A DNA stretch of 46,014 bases, from assembly GCA_000697335.1 (NCBI GenBank), contig JNEM01006077.1:1-46014 (forward strand). The letters run 5' to 3'. Origin of the DNA: Conidiobolus incongruus B7586. Taxonomy: Eukaryota. The notes under the pieces were generated by a model, which saw only the letters and a program-made list of their open reading frames with translations, was not told the origin of the DNA and did no database searches. A program made the translations under genes and the position numbers. Of this stretch, positions 27,217 through 40,479 are shown piece after piece (the stretch's first letter is position 1; every line of letters starts with the position of its first letter).

Positions 27217-28255
27217 TTAAGTATACTCAATATTAAATGATTTCTGCTCTCTCAATTCCATTTTATACTTATCGCAAGTTTCTCTCAATTTAATGGCGAT
27301 ATTCGGCTGGTCAGATAAATGTCCAGCATTGTCAACGATAATTAAATCGGCCTGAGGGATATTCTTATAAAGGTTCCAAGCTGACTTCAATGGACAGATG
27401 ACATCGTAGCGTCCATTGATAATGGTGATTGGAATCTTGTGATCCACAATGATTTTAGCACCTTCCAATAGTTGGTTGGGATGAGTGAAGAAGCAGTTAT
27501 GCTTCAGATAGTGAATTTCAATGAGTCCGTAGGATAAAGCCCAATCTCCCGTTGCAGCACTTCTGACCAAATCTGGATCAGGATGTAATCGCAGGGTGGA
27601 AGCTTCCCAAGCAGCCCACTTACGAGCAAATTTGAGTCTCTCATCCTCAGCACCGGTCATCATGCGCCTATAATAAGCTCCCAAGATATCATGACGCTCT
27701 TCTTGCGGAATGGCTTCGACCAATGGGTCCCATTGGTCTGGGAACAGATAGTTCGCTCCCTTTTGGTGATACCAGTCAATCTCGTCTTTTGTACCTAAGA
27801 AGATACCTTGGACCACGAGAGCGGAAACTCTGTCTGGATATTTTTGAGCATATAGTAGAGCCAAAGTAGACCCAAAACTACCTCCAAGTAGTACCCATTT
27901 GTCCACATTCAGCTCTCTTCTCAACTTTTCTATATCTTCCATAATATCCCAAGTAGTATTGTCCTCTAAACATAATGCCGGGATACTTTTGCCTGCGCCC
28001 CTCTGGTCGAAGAGAATAATACGATACGCTTTTGGATCCCAATATCGTCTATCTCTAGGCTGGGTGCCCAGCCCTGGACCGCTTACAAACTGTCAATAAA
28101 ATCTACAAATATTAGTGTTTCGGGGCTTACCCATGAAGGAACAAAGCTGGAATTCCATCCTTATTACCACATTCTTCGTAATAAATCTTGTGAATATCAG
28201 ACACTTGCAAATATTCTTTGTGGTAGGGTTCAATCTCTGGATATAAGTGTTCCAT
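27217..28255 (-). CDS. Proline iminopeptidase (peptidase S33) copy 1; exons 28255-28131 and 28081-27217
   Basis: MEHLYPEIEPY...YYEECGNKDG.PALFLHG|GPG...FDQRGAGKS; nucleophile motif GGSFGS; GRYDVICP; AGH. 49-nt GTAAGC...AAG intron at 28082-28130. Confidence 0.93.
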
Positions 28256-29259
28256 TATACTTAATTGCAATCAATTTCAGAGTTTAATGATAAAAAATTA
28301 AGTTTAATTTTTTGAAAATTACTAATTCTCTTTTATATCACAAGTTTTTATTCTTTATACTTGGATGATTTCAATTATTGTAGTAAATGAAATCATTCGC
28401 TTTATTTGAAAATTTATTAAATTCAATCTAGTTTTAATAAAATATTATATATTATTAATTATTATAGAATAGATAGTTTAAAATTTTTGTTTATTTTAAA
28501 TATTATTTTTAGTCAATTATCCTTAATATTATAATTATTATAAAATGACGTGAATATAATATTATTTTTAATATATATAATTAAACTAATTTGTTTTTTA
28601 TGATTTATATAAATTATAAAATTTAACTAATAATTTTTTTTTCCAAAATAGTGTTTGTTATAATAATAATATTAATAATATAATTAAATGATATTTAGTA
28701 TATTATAGCATTTATTAAATAATATGATTTAATCGATAAATGTAAGTCAAATGAACATTATTATTGCCCCATTTTTGTATAATTGTTTAAATTCAATGAA
28801 ATGTTTTATATATTAATAGTATGTTTTAAACATTGAAAGTTGATATTGTTAAAAATATCCATTATATTCATAATTTATTGTTTTATAATTTTTATAACAG
28901 ATAATTTCATTTAAAAGGTTCAATATTTATCTTTCTAATTATTTTTTAATGTTGTAATTAAAGTAATAAAGTTTCAAGTTTGTTAAATGGATTCAAGCAA
29001 TATATTGAATTCTAAATAATTTTAATATTAAAATTATTTTGTACCAATAGAAATATTTATTATATTAATCAATTTTTATCAACTGAAAATATTATTGTCA
29101 AAATTTTAATAATATATGTAATTATCTATTCAACTCTGCACCTTCAAAATTTTTTTTCGAATATCTATTCTATTCTAAAATATAATTAGTATATCATTTA
29201 TGTCTTCGAAATTTTACAAATTGGTATATATAAATCAAAAGTTATAAATTGAAAATACA

Positions 29260-30303
29260 CTAGAGTAGTGAATACATTTGGCTATCGCTATTTCTTTCAT
29301 TCAATTCCACCTTATACTCATCACAATCTCCCTTCAATTGAATGGTAATATTAGATTTGTCATCCAAGTGTCCAGTGTTGTTAACCATAAAAAAATCTGT
29401 GTGGAGGATGTGTTTATAAAGTTCCCAAGCTGACTTCAATGGACAGATGACATCATAGCGTCCATTGAAAATAGTGGTTGGAATCTTGTGATCCGCAATG
29501 ATTTTGGAACCATCAAGGGGTTAGTTGGGTTGCTTTAAAAACAGTTGTGTTTGAGGTAACGAATTTCAACCAATCCAACGATAAAATCCAATCCTCAGTC
29601 GCAGCTCTCTTGACTAAATCGAGGTCTAGGTGTAATCTTAATCTGGAACATTCCCAAGCGGCCAACTTACGAGCGAATTTAAGTTTCTCTTGTTCGGTGC
29701 TGGTAGCCATCCACTCGTGGTAAGCTCCAAAAATATCGTTTTGCCCTTCTTCAGGAATTCCATCAATCAGATGATCCAAATAGTCTGGGAACAGATAGTC
29801 CGCTCCCTTTTGGTGGTACCATTCGCCTTGGTCTTTGGTCGACAAGAAATGCCCTGAATGACTAACAATAAAACTCGTTCGGGGTAGGTTTGAGCGTATG
29901 CTAATACTAAAGTAGATTCCCAACTACAACCAAACAACTGCCACTTCTCTACATTCAGTCCTTTCCACAACTTCTCTGTATCCTCCATAATAGCCCAAGT
30001 GATATTCTCCTTCAAATTGATGAAAGGTGCACACTTTTTTGGATCCATGCTGGTCAAATAAGATAATATAATAAGCTAGTGAGCCCCAATACCTATTATT
30101 ACGACGAGGTTCCATACCGCAGCTATGATCCCTAACAGACATGAGTAATATAATAATAATAATGATAATGAAATATTTGTAGATTTATCCATGAGGAACA
30201 GAGCAGGAACCCCATCCTTGTTACTACATTCCTCATAGTAAATAATATGCACATTGAAAATTTTTAAGAAACCGGTATTGTACCGGTCAATATTAAAAAT
30301 CAA
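29260..30303 (-). pseudogene. Proline iminopeptidase copy 2 (pseudogene)
   Basis: PIP motifs (YYEECSNKDG, FDQHG, GCSWES, GRYDVICP, TGHL) are spread over several frames. Intron donor GT is now AT; frameshifts are present. C-terminus resembles copy 1. Confidence 0.92.
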
Positions 30304-30947
30304 ATTTTTAATATTATTTTAATATGATTTTTATTTAATTCAACTTTAAATTATTGTTTAAAAATACAAGGTGACATTTTTAAAATCAATTTGTACTCAA
30401 CTATCTATAATGAAGTAATAGAATTTAAAGACATAATTTTTGATATTTACTGTATTAAATCACAAATAAAACTCTCATTTTTTAATATTGAACACTTTTT
30501 CTAACTTAGTGTGATAAATATTGAAAAGATTTACAATCTCGATTAAAATAGTATGAAATTGTATTGAGTGAATATATATATATATGAATACTGATAGAAA
30601 AATTAATGATATTTGCCATTCTTTGAATATAATTTTTAGTCTCTAAATTTAATTTTGTTAATTGAAAATAATTAAAAGTAATTTGAGGAATATATTTTGG
30701 ATTTTCAATTAATTCAATTATATCATGTGATAGATTTGATCTTTAATTAACAATTTGAATTAAGCTTATTAATATAACATATTATAAAAATTATAAGAAT
30801 AATAGTTCATTAATGAGAAGAATATTTTTTGGAAAGATTATTAGGTGAATAAATTAAATAAAATTCAATAAATTTAATGAATTTCAATTCCCAAGTTAAA
30901 ATTTCATATGTTGAATTCATTGAAAATGATAAACCCTAATAACTGAG

Positions 30948-31500
30948 ATGATCACAAATTTTGATAATTCTTATTATAAGAAAATACTCCTGCTAAAGCA
31001 TGATCAACGAACAGTGGAGCTCTTTCATCCCATGTACATGGCACTACAAAACAATACTGACCAGATGTATATATCCCGAATATCAGTTTCCATCCCCAGT
31101 AATCAGATTCGCAATTTTCATTTGCAATAATATGCGGCTTATAAATTTGAGGTTGATTACAGGGCAACTTTTTGTTTTTTATCCCTACTCAACAGTTATG
31201 TTCATAAAGCCTACTTTTTCTCGAATTTTGGCAGGATTTAACATGGCTGAATTCACTTTTGGCGAGTTTGCCAGTTTCAAAATAGATATATTGCTCACAA
31301 AGATTTAAGGTTGGGGATCAAGTTAAATCTTTGTTTTCTTAGCTTGGTTAAGTTGGATGAATTGGTTTTCGCAGTGTTGTTCTTTGGGAGATTGTGACTG
31401 AAGCAAGGTGCTCAAGTAAATACATTGGATGGTCCTACAAATGGCCCGTTACAGGTATGTTTCGCATCTTTTTGGGTGGCTGCTAAGAATGAGTAACTTC
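30948..31500 (+). mobile_element. Probable decayed LTR-retrotransposon integrase C-terminal fragment
   Basis: RTVELFH resembles VERFN; IRFAIFICNN...ITGQLF resembles FAYN...TP.EL.FG; RFKVGDQV at 31301 matches the gypsy integrase C-terminal FKVGD.V motif. Correct order but broken frames. Confidence 0.45.
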
Positions 31501-31997
31501 TTGAGCTTTTGTTAAGGTAAATAAGTTTGTTTAGGATTGGGGATGGCGACCCTGGATAAGACCTGGTCAAAATAACCAAATCTGATAATTTCCTAATTAA
31601 AATCAAATGATTATTTAAATTGATTACCTTAAGTGCTAATAATTTATATTTATAACTATTCATAACATAATATGATATGAATTTCATAAATATAATAAAT
31701 ATTGCAAATTTACTTTAAATCTATTTCAAAATAATGTTCAATTAAATTGCATTCTTTAAATAAGTTTTAATAGACAATTATATATTCTAATATACAATAA
31801 CTTATAAACCTAAGATAGTATTTATTAATAAAGTGATAATGAAATGATTATTTTTTGGTGTCCCTTATACCTTTGAATTTAATCTTTAAATTCATAATGA
31901 ATCAAAGTCAAAATAGCTGAATTTTCTAAAATCAATTATGAATTGATTCCATTTAAATTTTCAATAAACTTAAATTGACTAATCATTTTATTAATAC

Positions 31998-32332
31998 TAA
32001 CGTGAGTTGGGAAAGCCGTGTTCGGGTTAATTTAAATACAAGAGAGAGATCTGGGGAATTCCAGGCAACTTTTAGGGAGATATGGGGTTTATTGCTTTAA
32101 GTCAAATAGCTGGGAGGACCCAGATCGAACTCATCTTGTTAAAGATAACTCTAATTCCGGATTTTATATAGAATGAATAGGATAAAGAGATCTATAGGGT
32201 TTTCCGGTGGCTTGTGTCATCAAAAAATTAAAGAATAGAACTGAAGTGGCTGATCATGTGAGGAAGGAATTACCCTTATATTCAGTTGATGTAAGCATGT
32301 TTAGCAGGAAAGGGGTCTCCTGACTCGTGACA
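31998..32332 (-). mobile_element. Solo-LTR-like repeat copy A (335 bp), flanked by ATAC
   Basis: Direct repeat of 33908-34241. On the minus strand it starts TGTCA, has a TATATAA box near 32164-32170 and AATAAA at 32088-32093. ATAC at 31994-31997 and 32333-32336. Confidence 0.75.
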
Positions 32333-32708
32333 ATACATGAATTTTAATCAGAGATAATGCAAAAAAGTACTGTAAATATGATTAATTAATACATTTTAAT
32401 AATAGAATGTGTAAAATCTGATATTTTATTTAATATGACAAGTATAAGTTCAAATTTGAGTAAAAAAATTATTAATAAAATGTTAAATAATTTTATAATG
32501 AAAAAAAAGTTATAAATTGAATATTTGAAATATTAATTTGAGAAATAATTATTGTTTATTTATTTTGTAATAAAGACCACAAAAAATAATACAATGTTTG
32601 TGTGTATATGAATTAATTAATTAATTAATTATTAAAAATTTTTGATTAATTTGAATTAGAATATTATAATTGGAACGAGTAAAAATCAAATAAAAGTAAA
32701 TCTAATAT

Positions 32709-33732
32709 TTATTTTTGACCTTGTAGCTGTTTTTTGTACTTATCACAAGCATCTATCAATTTCTTGGAAATGTCAATTTCGTCGGCAAAGTGACCAGAGC
32801 CTTCCACAACAATTAAGTCAGAGTGGGGAATGCGTTTATGGAGTTCCCAAGCTGATTTCAATGGACAGATTGCGTCGTATCTGCCATTGACAATAGTTGT
32901 AGGAATCTTATATTCAGCAATGATTCTAGCATCGTCGAGTAATTGGTTGGGATGCTTTAAGAAACATTGGTGCTTCCTGTAATAAACCTCGATGAGACCA
33001 AGAGAAATAGCCCAATCGGCGTCTGATGCCATTTGGATAAGATCTTGGTCAGGATGCAATTTGAGAGTGGCTAAGGTCCAAGTTGACCAATTGCGAGCGA
33101 ATTTGACCTTTTCCTCCTCATTACCACTCGTCATTCTCTTGTATAAAGCTTCGATAATATCGTGACGTTCGTCTTCTGGAATGTCGGCGACTAAATGCTC
33201 CCAATGGTCCGGGAATAAGAAATCGGCCCCCGATTTGTGGAACCATTCCGAATCTTCCTTGGTAGATAAGAAAATACCCTGAATTACAAGTGCCGATACG
33301 CTCTCGGGATGGGTTTGGGCATATGCTAAAGCTAATGTAGATCCCCAGCTGCCTCCAAATAAGAGCCATTTCTCAACATTTAAATGTTTGCGAAGTTTTT
33401 CAATGTCTTCAACTAAATCCCAAGTAGTATTTTGTTCCAGACTAAGGAATGGTGTACTTCTTCCAGCTCCGCGTTGATCAAAGAGGACGATACGATAAGC
33501 TTCGGGATCGAAATATTGTCTGTTGTGGGGTAATACACCAGTTCCAGGGCCTCTAATAACCACGAATAAGCATATTCATTAAATAATAAAATAATAAATA
33601 AACTTACCCGTGTAAATAAAGAGCTGGAATTCCATCCTTATTACCACATTCTTCGTAATAAATATTATGAATATCAGACACTTGCAAATGATCTTGATGA
33701 TAAGGTTCAATTGGGGGATAATAATGTTCCAT
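32709..33732 (-). CDS. Proline iminopeptidase (peptidase S33) copy 3; exons 33732-33608 and 33552-32709
   Basis: MEHYYPPIEPY...PALYLHG|GPG; GGSWGS; GRYDAICP; SGH. 55-nt GTAAGT...TAG intron at 33553-33607, same position as in copy 1. Confidence 0.93.
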
Positions 33733-33907
33733 TTTAAAAATTTTAAATTGAATTAAAAAAAATATAATTTAATAGTATTAAAGGTCCAAACCACACCAAT
33801 TTATATTCAAATTTTAATTCTAATATACAAAAATTATCTAATCTATAAAAACAGGTATTTTTTAAAATTTTAACCAATAACAGAAAAATTATTTGAAATT
33901 ATCATAC

Positions 33908-34241
33908 TAACACATCTTGGGAAAGTCGTGTTCGGGTTAATTTAAATACAAGAGAGAGATCTGGGAAATTTCAGGCAACTTTTAGGGAGATATGGGGTTT
34001 ATTGCTTTAAGTCAAATAGCTGGGAGGACCCAGATTGAACTCATCTTGTTGAGGATAACTCTAATTCCGGGTTCTATATAGAGTGAGTTGGGTAAGGTGA
34101 TTCATGAGATTCTCCGGTGACTTGCATAATCGGCCAATTAAAAGATAGAGCGGGAGCAGATGGTATGTTTGAGAGAAATGACTTTAACATTAGGTTGATG
34201 TAAAAATTCTTAAGTAGAAGGGAGACACTTGACTCATGATA
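33908..34241 (-). mobile_element. Solo-LTR-like repeat copy B (334 bp), flanked by ATAC
   Basis: Colinear with copy A. First ~170 bp nearly identical, remainder diverged. ATAC at 33904-33907 and 34242-34245. Confidence 0.75.
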
Positions 34242-37200
34242 ATACTTAACATATCTAACAAAAAACTTTCCTATTATACTCAAAAAGTAAGATAATATAA
34301 TTTGCTAATTAATCCGATATTTCACTTGATTAGATTACTACTAAAGTTGGAGATTTCGATTGTTTTGGTAATAAAAAGATTGATACATATTACTTAAAAT
34401 TCTCGCGTTATTATTCATTTTGAAATAAAAATTCAAAGTCTTTTCATTATAAGGAATTATAAATTATCAATTTCTAATTTTCTCTATTAATACCTTATAT
34501 TATCTTAATACAACAATTAACTGAGAATTATTGATTCGTTTTCAAAATTTTCTATTAGGTTATCAATGAATCATGTTAAAAGGATCAAAATTACCAATCT
34601 TTTTTACTTTTGCGCAACTATTGAACACTGTGTCTATATGTATTGGTTCAATGGCTAATATTGAGCGCAGCTGGTATTTCTATTAATTATATTATATATT
34701 TTTTAGTGGATTTTATATTGAAAAAAAATAAAATTCAAATTAAGAAAATATAATTCAAGATTGTTTTAATATGATTTAAAATAATGAATATATTAAAATA
34801 TTTCAAAATTAATCAATGTAAATTCTATTAATTCGAATTTCATAACTAAAATACAGCAAGTTTAATTATATTCAACCAAATCATCTAATATGATTCAGTT
34901 AATATAACATTCTTTTATTTAAATATATTTTGTTAAATTCATAATGACATTAAACTATTATAACTCTCTTTATCAAAAATTCATCATAAAAACTTAATCT
35001 AATTTCTTCTTTTAGAATTTATCTATTATATAATTTCTCATAATTTTTCTCTATAATATTATTTATTAAGTTTGATAATTATAATTAATGATTATTGAAA
35101 TATTAACTTTTACCTTGGAATCTTTGATTTGATTTAATCTTAGTTTGATTTTTGGTCTTAATAATGAAAGTATAATGAATAAAGTTATGGAAAAATAAAT
35201 TATAGAGAAAAATATTGATATCAATTTAAGTGTTAAATTATAAATACATTAGATTAGTAATGGATTAATAGTTATCTAAAATGAAATATATTCAGAGCTT
35301 ATTTCTTGATATATATGATAATTTTTAAAAAATTAATATCAAAAATTATAAATATATCAAAATAATATGAAATAATATCAAATAATACTTCATATATTCA
35401 TATACTTTAATTATACCTCATTAAAAATATTACAAACAAATACAAATCAAAAATAAAATAATTTATAATTTTTTGATTCAAACTTAATTCAAATAAAAAA
35501 TTTGAATATTTCTAACTAATAATACTGTTAAATATTATAAAGTTCAATTGAATCATTTATTAATGGAATTTAAATATATAGATATAAGATTCAAAGTTTT
35601 TGAGACTATTATCAATATAATAACAAAATCTTAAGTATTAATAAGAAAAATTAATTTAAAAAGTTCCAACATAATATATTAAATTAATATTGAATTTAAT
35701 TGAAAATATATACTAAAAGTATTAATTATAAATATAAAACTTTAAAGCATGAAGTCATATAATAATGTTTATTAATTGATATAACTTTATTTTAAAAATA
35801 TTTGAGAAGGATTCAGCTTAAAATCAACATTAAATGAAAATTAAACACCAATTTCAGCATAATTTGGGTTATCTTTTACTTTTACATAAGATAAAGTTTA
35901 ATATAATAAAAAAACAAAATGGTCAATATAGTTTTTTATTAGTTTTAAAAAATATAAAATAGGTATATTTATTAAATAAATGAAATATATATCAATATGA
36001 CTTTATTTTTTTCATTAATAATGTTCTCATTAATATTAAATCAGAAATAATATTTTGCATAAATATGCAATCATATATTTTGTTATATTCTTTGTACTCA
36101 ACTAGATTTAGAGTTTGAGTGTTCCTAAACTTACTATTACTTTAAAATAATCATGATTATAGTATTTAATAAAATGATTTTTTAGATATTGGAATTAAAT
36201 GTAATCACTTTATAATCAATTATTTATTGTTTCCTGTATTTTTGGCGATATGGACCAGAGTTGATGGATATTATAGTCTATTGGCTTCACAGATCAATTA
36301 TTCAGACACTGCGAAGCTAAAGTGATTATTGACCTTTAAATAATTTAAAATTTGGAATATGTTGCTTTTAATTTATATTGATTGGATAGAGTATTACAAA
36401 TTAATATTTCAAATATACCCGAAATACATTATTATAATTTTATAAATTAATCAATAAAATATATTACATATTTAGAACTAGATAATATCAAAAATTTGAA
36501 ACTATTATTGATAATATTTTAATCTATAATTCTATTAACGAATAAAAAATTTGTAATTTTATGATTGTTATTAAATTAGATTTAATAAGTCTAATTATTA
36601 TATGATGATATCTATTTATATATTGAATAAGTTTTAATAACTTTATTTTTACCTTAAAGATTCTTCTGATTTTGTTACTAATTCCAAAAAATTATATATA
36701 TATATATTATATTTTATTAAAAAGTAGATATAAGTATTTGATTTATTTTATATTTAACTAGATGATTCAATCATAACATAAGTGATGAAAATTCTTATAA
36801 GATATCTATTAAATAGGTTCATGTCCAATTCAACCTAAGATATTATGTGTTACTTTCAATTCAACTTGTGATATACTATATTGATCGAAAAACTATTGTT
36901 AACCTGCTTTTTAAGTTTTATTTAAAAAATCGTTTTTCAATATTAAAAAATATCAAAGCACGAAGTAGTAATAATTTTTAGTTCATAATTTGTTTCTCTT
37001 GATCAAGGTAAAAAAATTTAAAATATAATTAAAAAATTATAAGAAATTAAAGATTAAGAAATATTTCTCATAAAAATAATTAGTAATTTTAATTGATGAA
37101 TTTATCAGTATAAATTGTACCTCAATGATTTCTAAATTTTTAAAATAAAACTTTTTGTTTGTATTGATTGACTTTATATTTTAAAAAATCATGAAAAATT

Positions 37201-37309
37201 AAAACATGATAATAATATTTATAGGTAAAGATAATGTAATATTCCCAGAGAATAATTATCTTCTATATCAAGTGCATAGAATTACATCTAGAGATAAACT
37301 AATAAGCTA

Positions 37310-38310
37310 CTATTTTTGACCTTGTAGCTATTATTTGTGTTTATCTAAAGCATCAGCCGTCTATTTAGAAATATTAGATGAATTAGTGAAATGACCAATA
37401 CCGTCAATAATAGCCACATTAGCATGGGATATACTTTCATATAGATCTCAAACAGATTTTGGTGGGTAAATTGCATCGTATCTACCGTTGATAATAGTAA
37501 TCGCAGTCTTATCATCAACAATAATCTTAGCACTACCCAGTAATTGATTAAGGTGATCTAAAAAGTTTTTGTGTTTATGGTGTGAACTTAGACCAGCCCC
37601 AATGAAAGAGCCCAATCCGCGGTGGATGTCATCTGGGTTAGATCTTGATCTGGATGCAACTTTAATGCTGAAGTTTCCCGAATGATCAATTTGGAAACAA
37701 ATTTCGTTCTGTTTTCATCACCACCGGTGTCATTTGCTTATAGTAGGTGCTATTGTTGTCATTCTTTTCATCTTCAGAAATTTCGTCAACTAAAGTCTCC
37801 CAACACTCTGGGAATAGATAACTGGCACTTGCGAAACTATTCACACCCTTATTTGGTATAAAGGAAAATACCCTGCATTACCATTGAAGGTTTTCCCGGG
37901 ATGCTTTTGAGCCTAGGTTATAGCTAATATGGAACTCCAGCTACTTTCGAATAAAGCCACTTTTCTACATTCAGTTTATTTCATAGATTTTCGACGTTTT
38001 CGATAGATCCCAGGTAGTGTCCTCTTGCAAATACAAGAAGGATATACTATTTCTAGCCCCATGACGATCAAAGAGAACAATGTGACAAACTCAAGAATCG
38101 AAATATCGCCGGTTGTAGGACATGATACCAGTTCCAGGATCACTGTTAATCATTAAAAATAAATATATAATGAGATATTTGTGACTCTCATATATAAGAA
38201 AAAGGCAGGAACTTCTCATTATCACATTTTTCTTAGTAAAAGTTGTGAATGTCATACACTTGGAAATAGATTTTATTGTAAGGTTTAATTTGGCAATAAT
38301 AATGATCTAT
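37310..38310 (-). pseudogene. Proline iminopeptidase copy 4 (pseudogene)
   Basis: Colinear with copy 3, including a shared LQGQK-stop C-terminus and an intron at the same place. ATG is now ATA (38308-38310); many stops and frameshifts. Confidence 0.9.
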
Positions 38311-38779
38311 TATTTATACTAATCATGGAATTATATCAATCAATTATCCTTGAAGTATATGAAGTTAATTTTCTATAATCCAAACTTAAAGTTATGATAT
38401 AAGTTAAATCTTACTCCATCTTTAATAGTTGATTCAACTATAATCACAACTTTCAAGTTATTTACAAAATTTGATCACCTTTTAATAATCATAAAAAAAT
38501 TATATTTCAAATAAAATTTAATAATCAATTTAAATTATTTAACTCGTCAGCATATAAAAGCCTTTTAATTCCTTTTGCGAATTATATTAGTCAAAAATTT
38601 GACGACAAACTGGATTAATTATAATATACAATGGTTTAAAAAGTAAGTTCACCAATCTTAAATTTATATTCAAACAAAATAAATAAAGTTAAAGCAAAAA
38701 TAATATGATTTTAATAATTTGACTTCCTTATTTTTCAATAACATAATTTCATATTAAAGATAAACACTTAACCTTTTTA

Positions 38780-39270
38780 CATAAATTTTTATTTTATCTT
38801 CACTATTACACCTTAACTTTGAGATGTTATCCAATCCCTTTCCCTATATCAAATTCTTTAACCTGACAAAACAATTATAATCACAAGGATTCATATCTGA
38901 TGAATATAGCCGATGTGGTAATAAAGACCTCTTCTTTTTAATAAACAAACCTTTGATAATATTTTCTATATGTACTATAGCTATTATTATGTAAAATATA
39001 TGGTTTTTTAATTTAATTTTTTTACTATATTTAATATCATTAGTTTTTGAAAATCTCATTTATATTCTATGATTACATTTTTTTTTCTGGTAATAATCGG
39101 TGGAATGTAATATTATTATATTTGTAACTAATAATAGCATTTGCTTTTTTTAAATAGTCTTTGTTTTGAATTTATCATAGTAGTTTTGATTTTTTAACCA
39201 AAATACTCTTTTTATTGCTCCCTAATAGGTTATATACTGAAATATATGATTCACTTATTATAATAATTTT
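38780..39270 (-). mobile_element. Mariner-like transposase relic (boundaries approximate)
   Basis: LLPHRLYSSDMNPCDYNCFVRLK resembles LPHPPYSPDL.P.DY.LF..LK. Upstream KIIIISESYISVYN resembles RIVTGDE.W..Y.N; FHRLLP also present. Confidence 0.8.
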
Positions 39271-40020
39271 CTAAACATATTAATATAAATATTATAATAA
39301 TATAAATTTATATTAGCTATGTTTCTTCTCTTATTAATATGACTTTTAATTAAAGTATAAAGTACCTATATTTTTAATTTTTTTACAAATTTTAAATTAT
39401 CTATCATTTAATTAAAAATAAAGTAAATATAAAATTATAGTGATTGTATTAATTTTTTGTTGAGGTATATAAGTGATAGTTGAAATATTTCTTTAGTTAT
39501 AGGTTTAAAATAACTTGAATAATATAAGTTTTATATGTTAGATCTTTTATATTTAAGTTGATTAAACTAGTTTGCAATATTATAGTTTAAAAGCTCTTTG
39601 CCGCCAGTTACTAATTAGAGATTTTATTGAATAGTTGATATAAAATATTTTACATAGTATGATATTTTGATAAATGCTCTTTATTCAACTTTGGTAAAAA
39701 TTTGAAATTTTATGATTTTCAGTCATTTTATTTTTGGTTGAAATTCTCCTAGAAAGTTATATATATATATAGTAAATATGATGAATTATTAGATCACTTA
39801 TTTTCATTGAAAATAACATTAAAATTAGGGATAAATTATTATAATTCATAAAATAGTATTTGATTTAAAGATAGGAAATTATTTTTTGAACCACTAGATA
39901 ATTACTAAATTAAACAACTTTACTCAAGCATTTAATATTTGTTTTAACTTTGTATTGAGGTAAAATCAATCAAATATCAAGGGTGTAGTTGTTTTTTTGT
40001 TTGGTTGAATTTGTTGTTTC

Positions 40021-40479
40021 TGTTGCCTCAAGTAACAACGACAGTCCGATTTCCATTACTCTTTTGACAATCAGAGTCTCCAAATAGGTGAGCACTTTTC
40101 CCATTATATGGGAAGCAGCAGCTACAAGCTGGGTGGCCAGACGAACCCTAGCTACTTCATCGTATGGGGTTACTCTAGGATCTACTAGAGCTAAGTTGGA
40201 CATTGTGTCCGGGTCAGTTTATCCAGAATAAACATGTTTCAAATTAACTGAATCGAACAACCATCAGTTGCCTAATTTGATGGTAGCTAATTTGTCATGT
40301 ATTATTAGTGAACTTATGTAAGTTTTTATAGTCCTTAGCAGATTCATTCCTGACGAGGTTAGATGAATCTCGTACTAGTGGTTGTTCGGGGCTAAGTAGG
40401 GGAACTCGCTCGATAGTATAGTCACCTATTCGAGGGGCACGTGGAAACTTAACGTCGGTCCGTCACTCGGTTGGTGACA
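40021..40479 (-). mobile_element. Solo LTR, 459 bp
   Basis: Begins TGTTGCC and ends GGTGACA (imperfect inverted ends). Perfect 5-bp TSD GTTTC at 40016-40020 and 40480-40484. Minus-strand TATAAAA near 40324-40330; GC-rich relative to flanks. Confidence 0.85.

Noticed and set aside
31998..34241. PIP3 as a retrocopy captured inside an LTR element
   Set aside because: PIP3 keeps its intron, each repeat has its own ATAC flanks, and the two repeats differ strongly over half their length.
39970..40203. 77-aa ORF and an AACCCTA telomerase-template-like word
   Set aside because: Both lie mostly within a solo LTR with a clear TSD, and the ORF crosses the element boundary.
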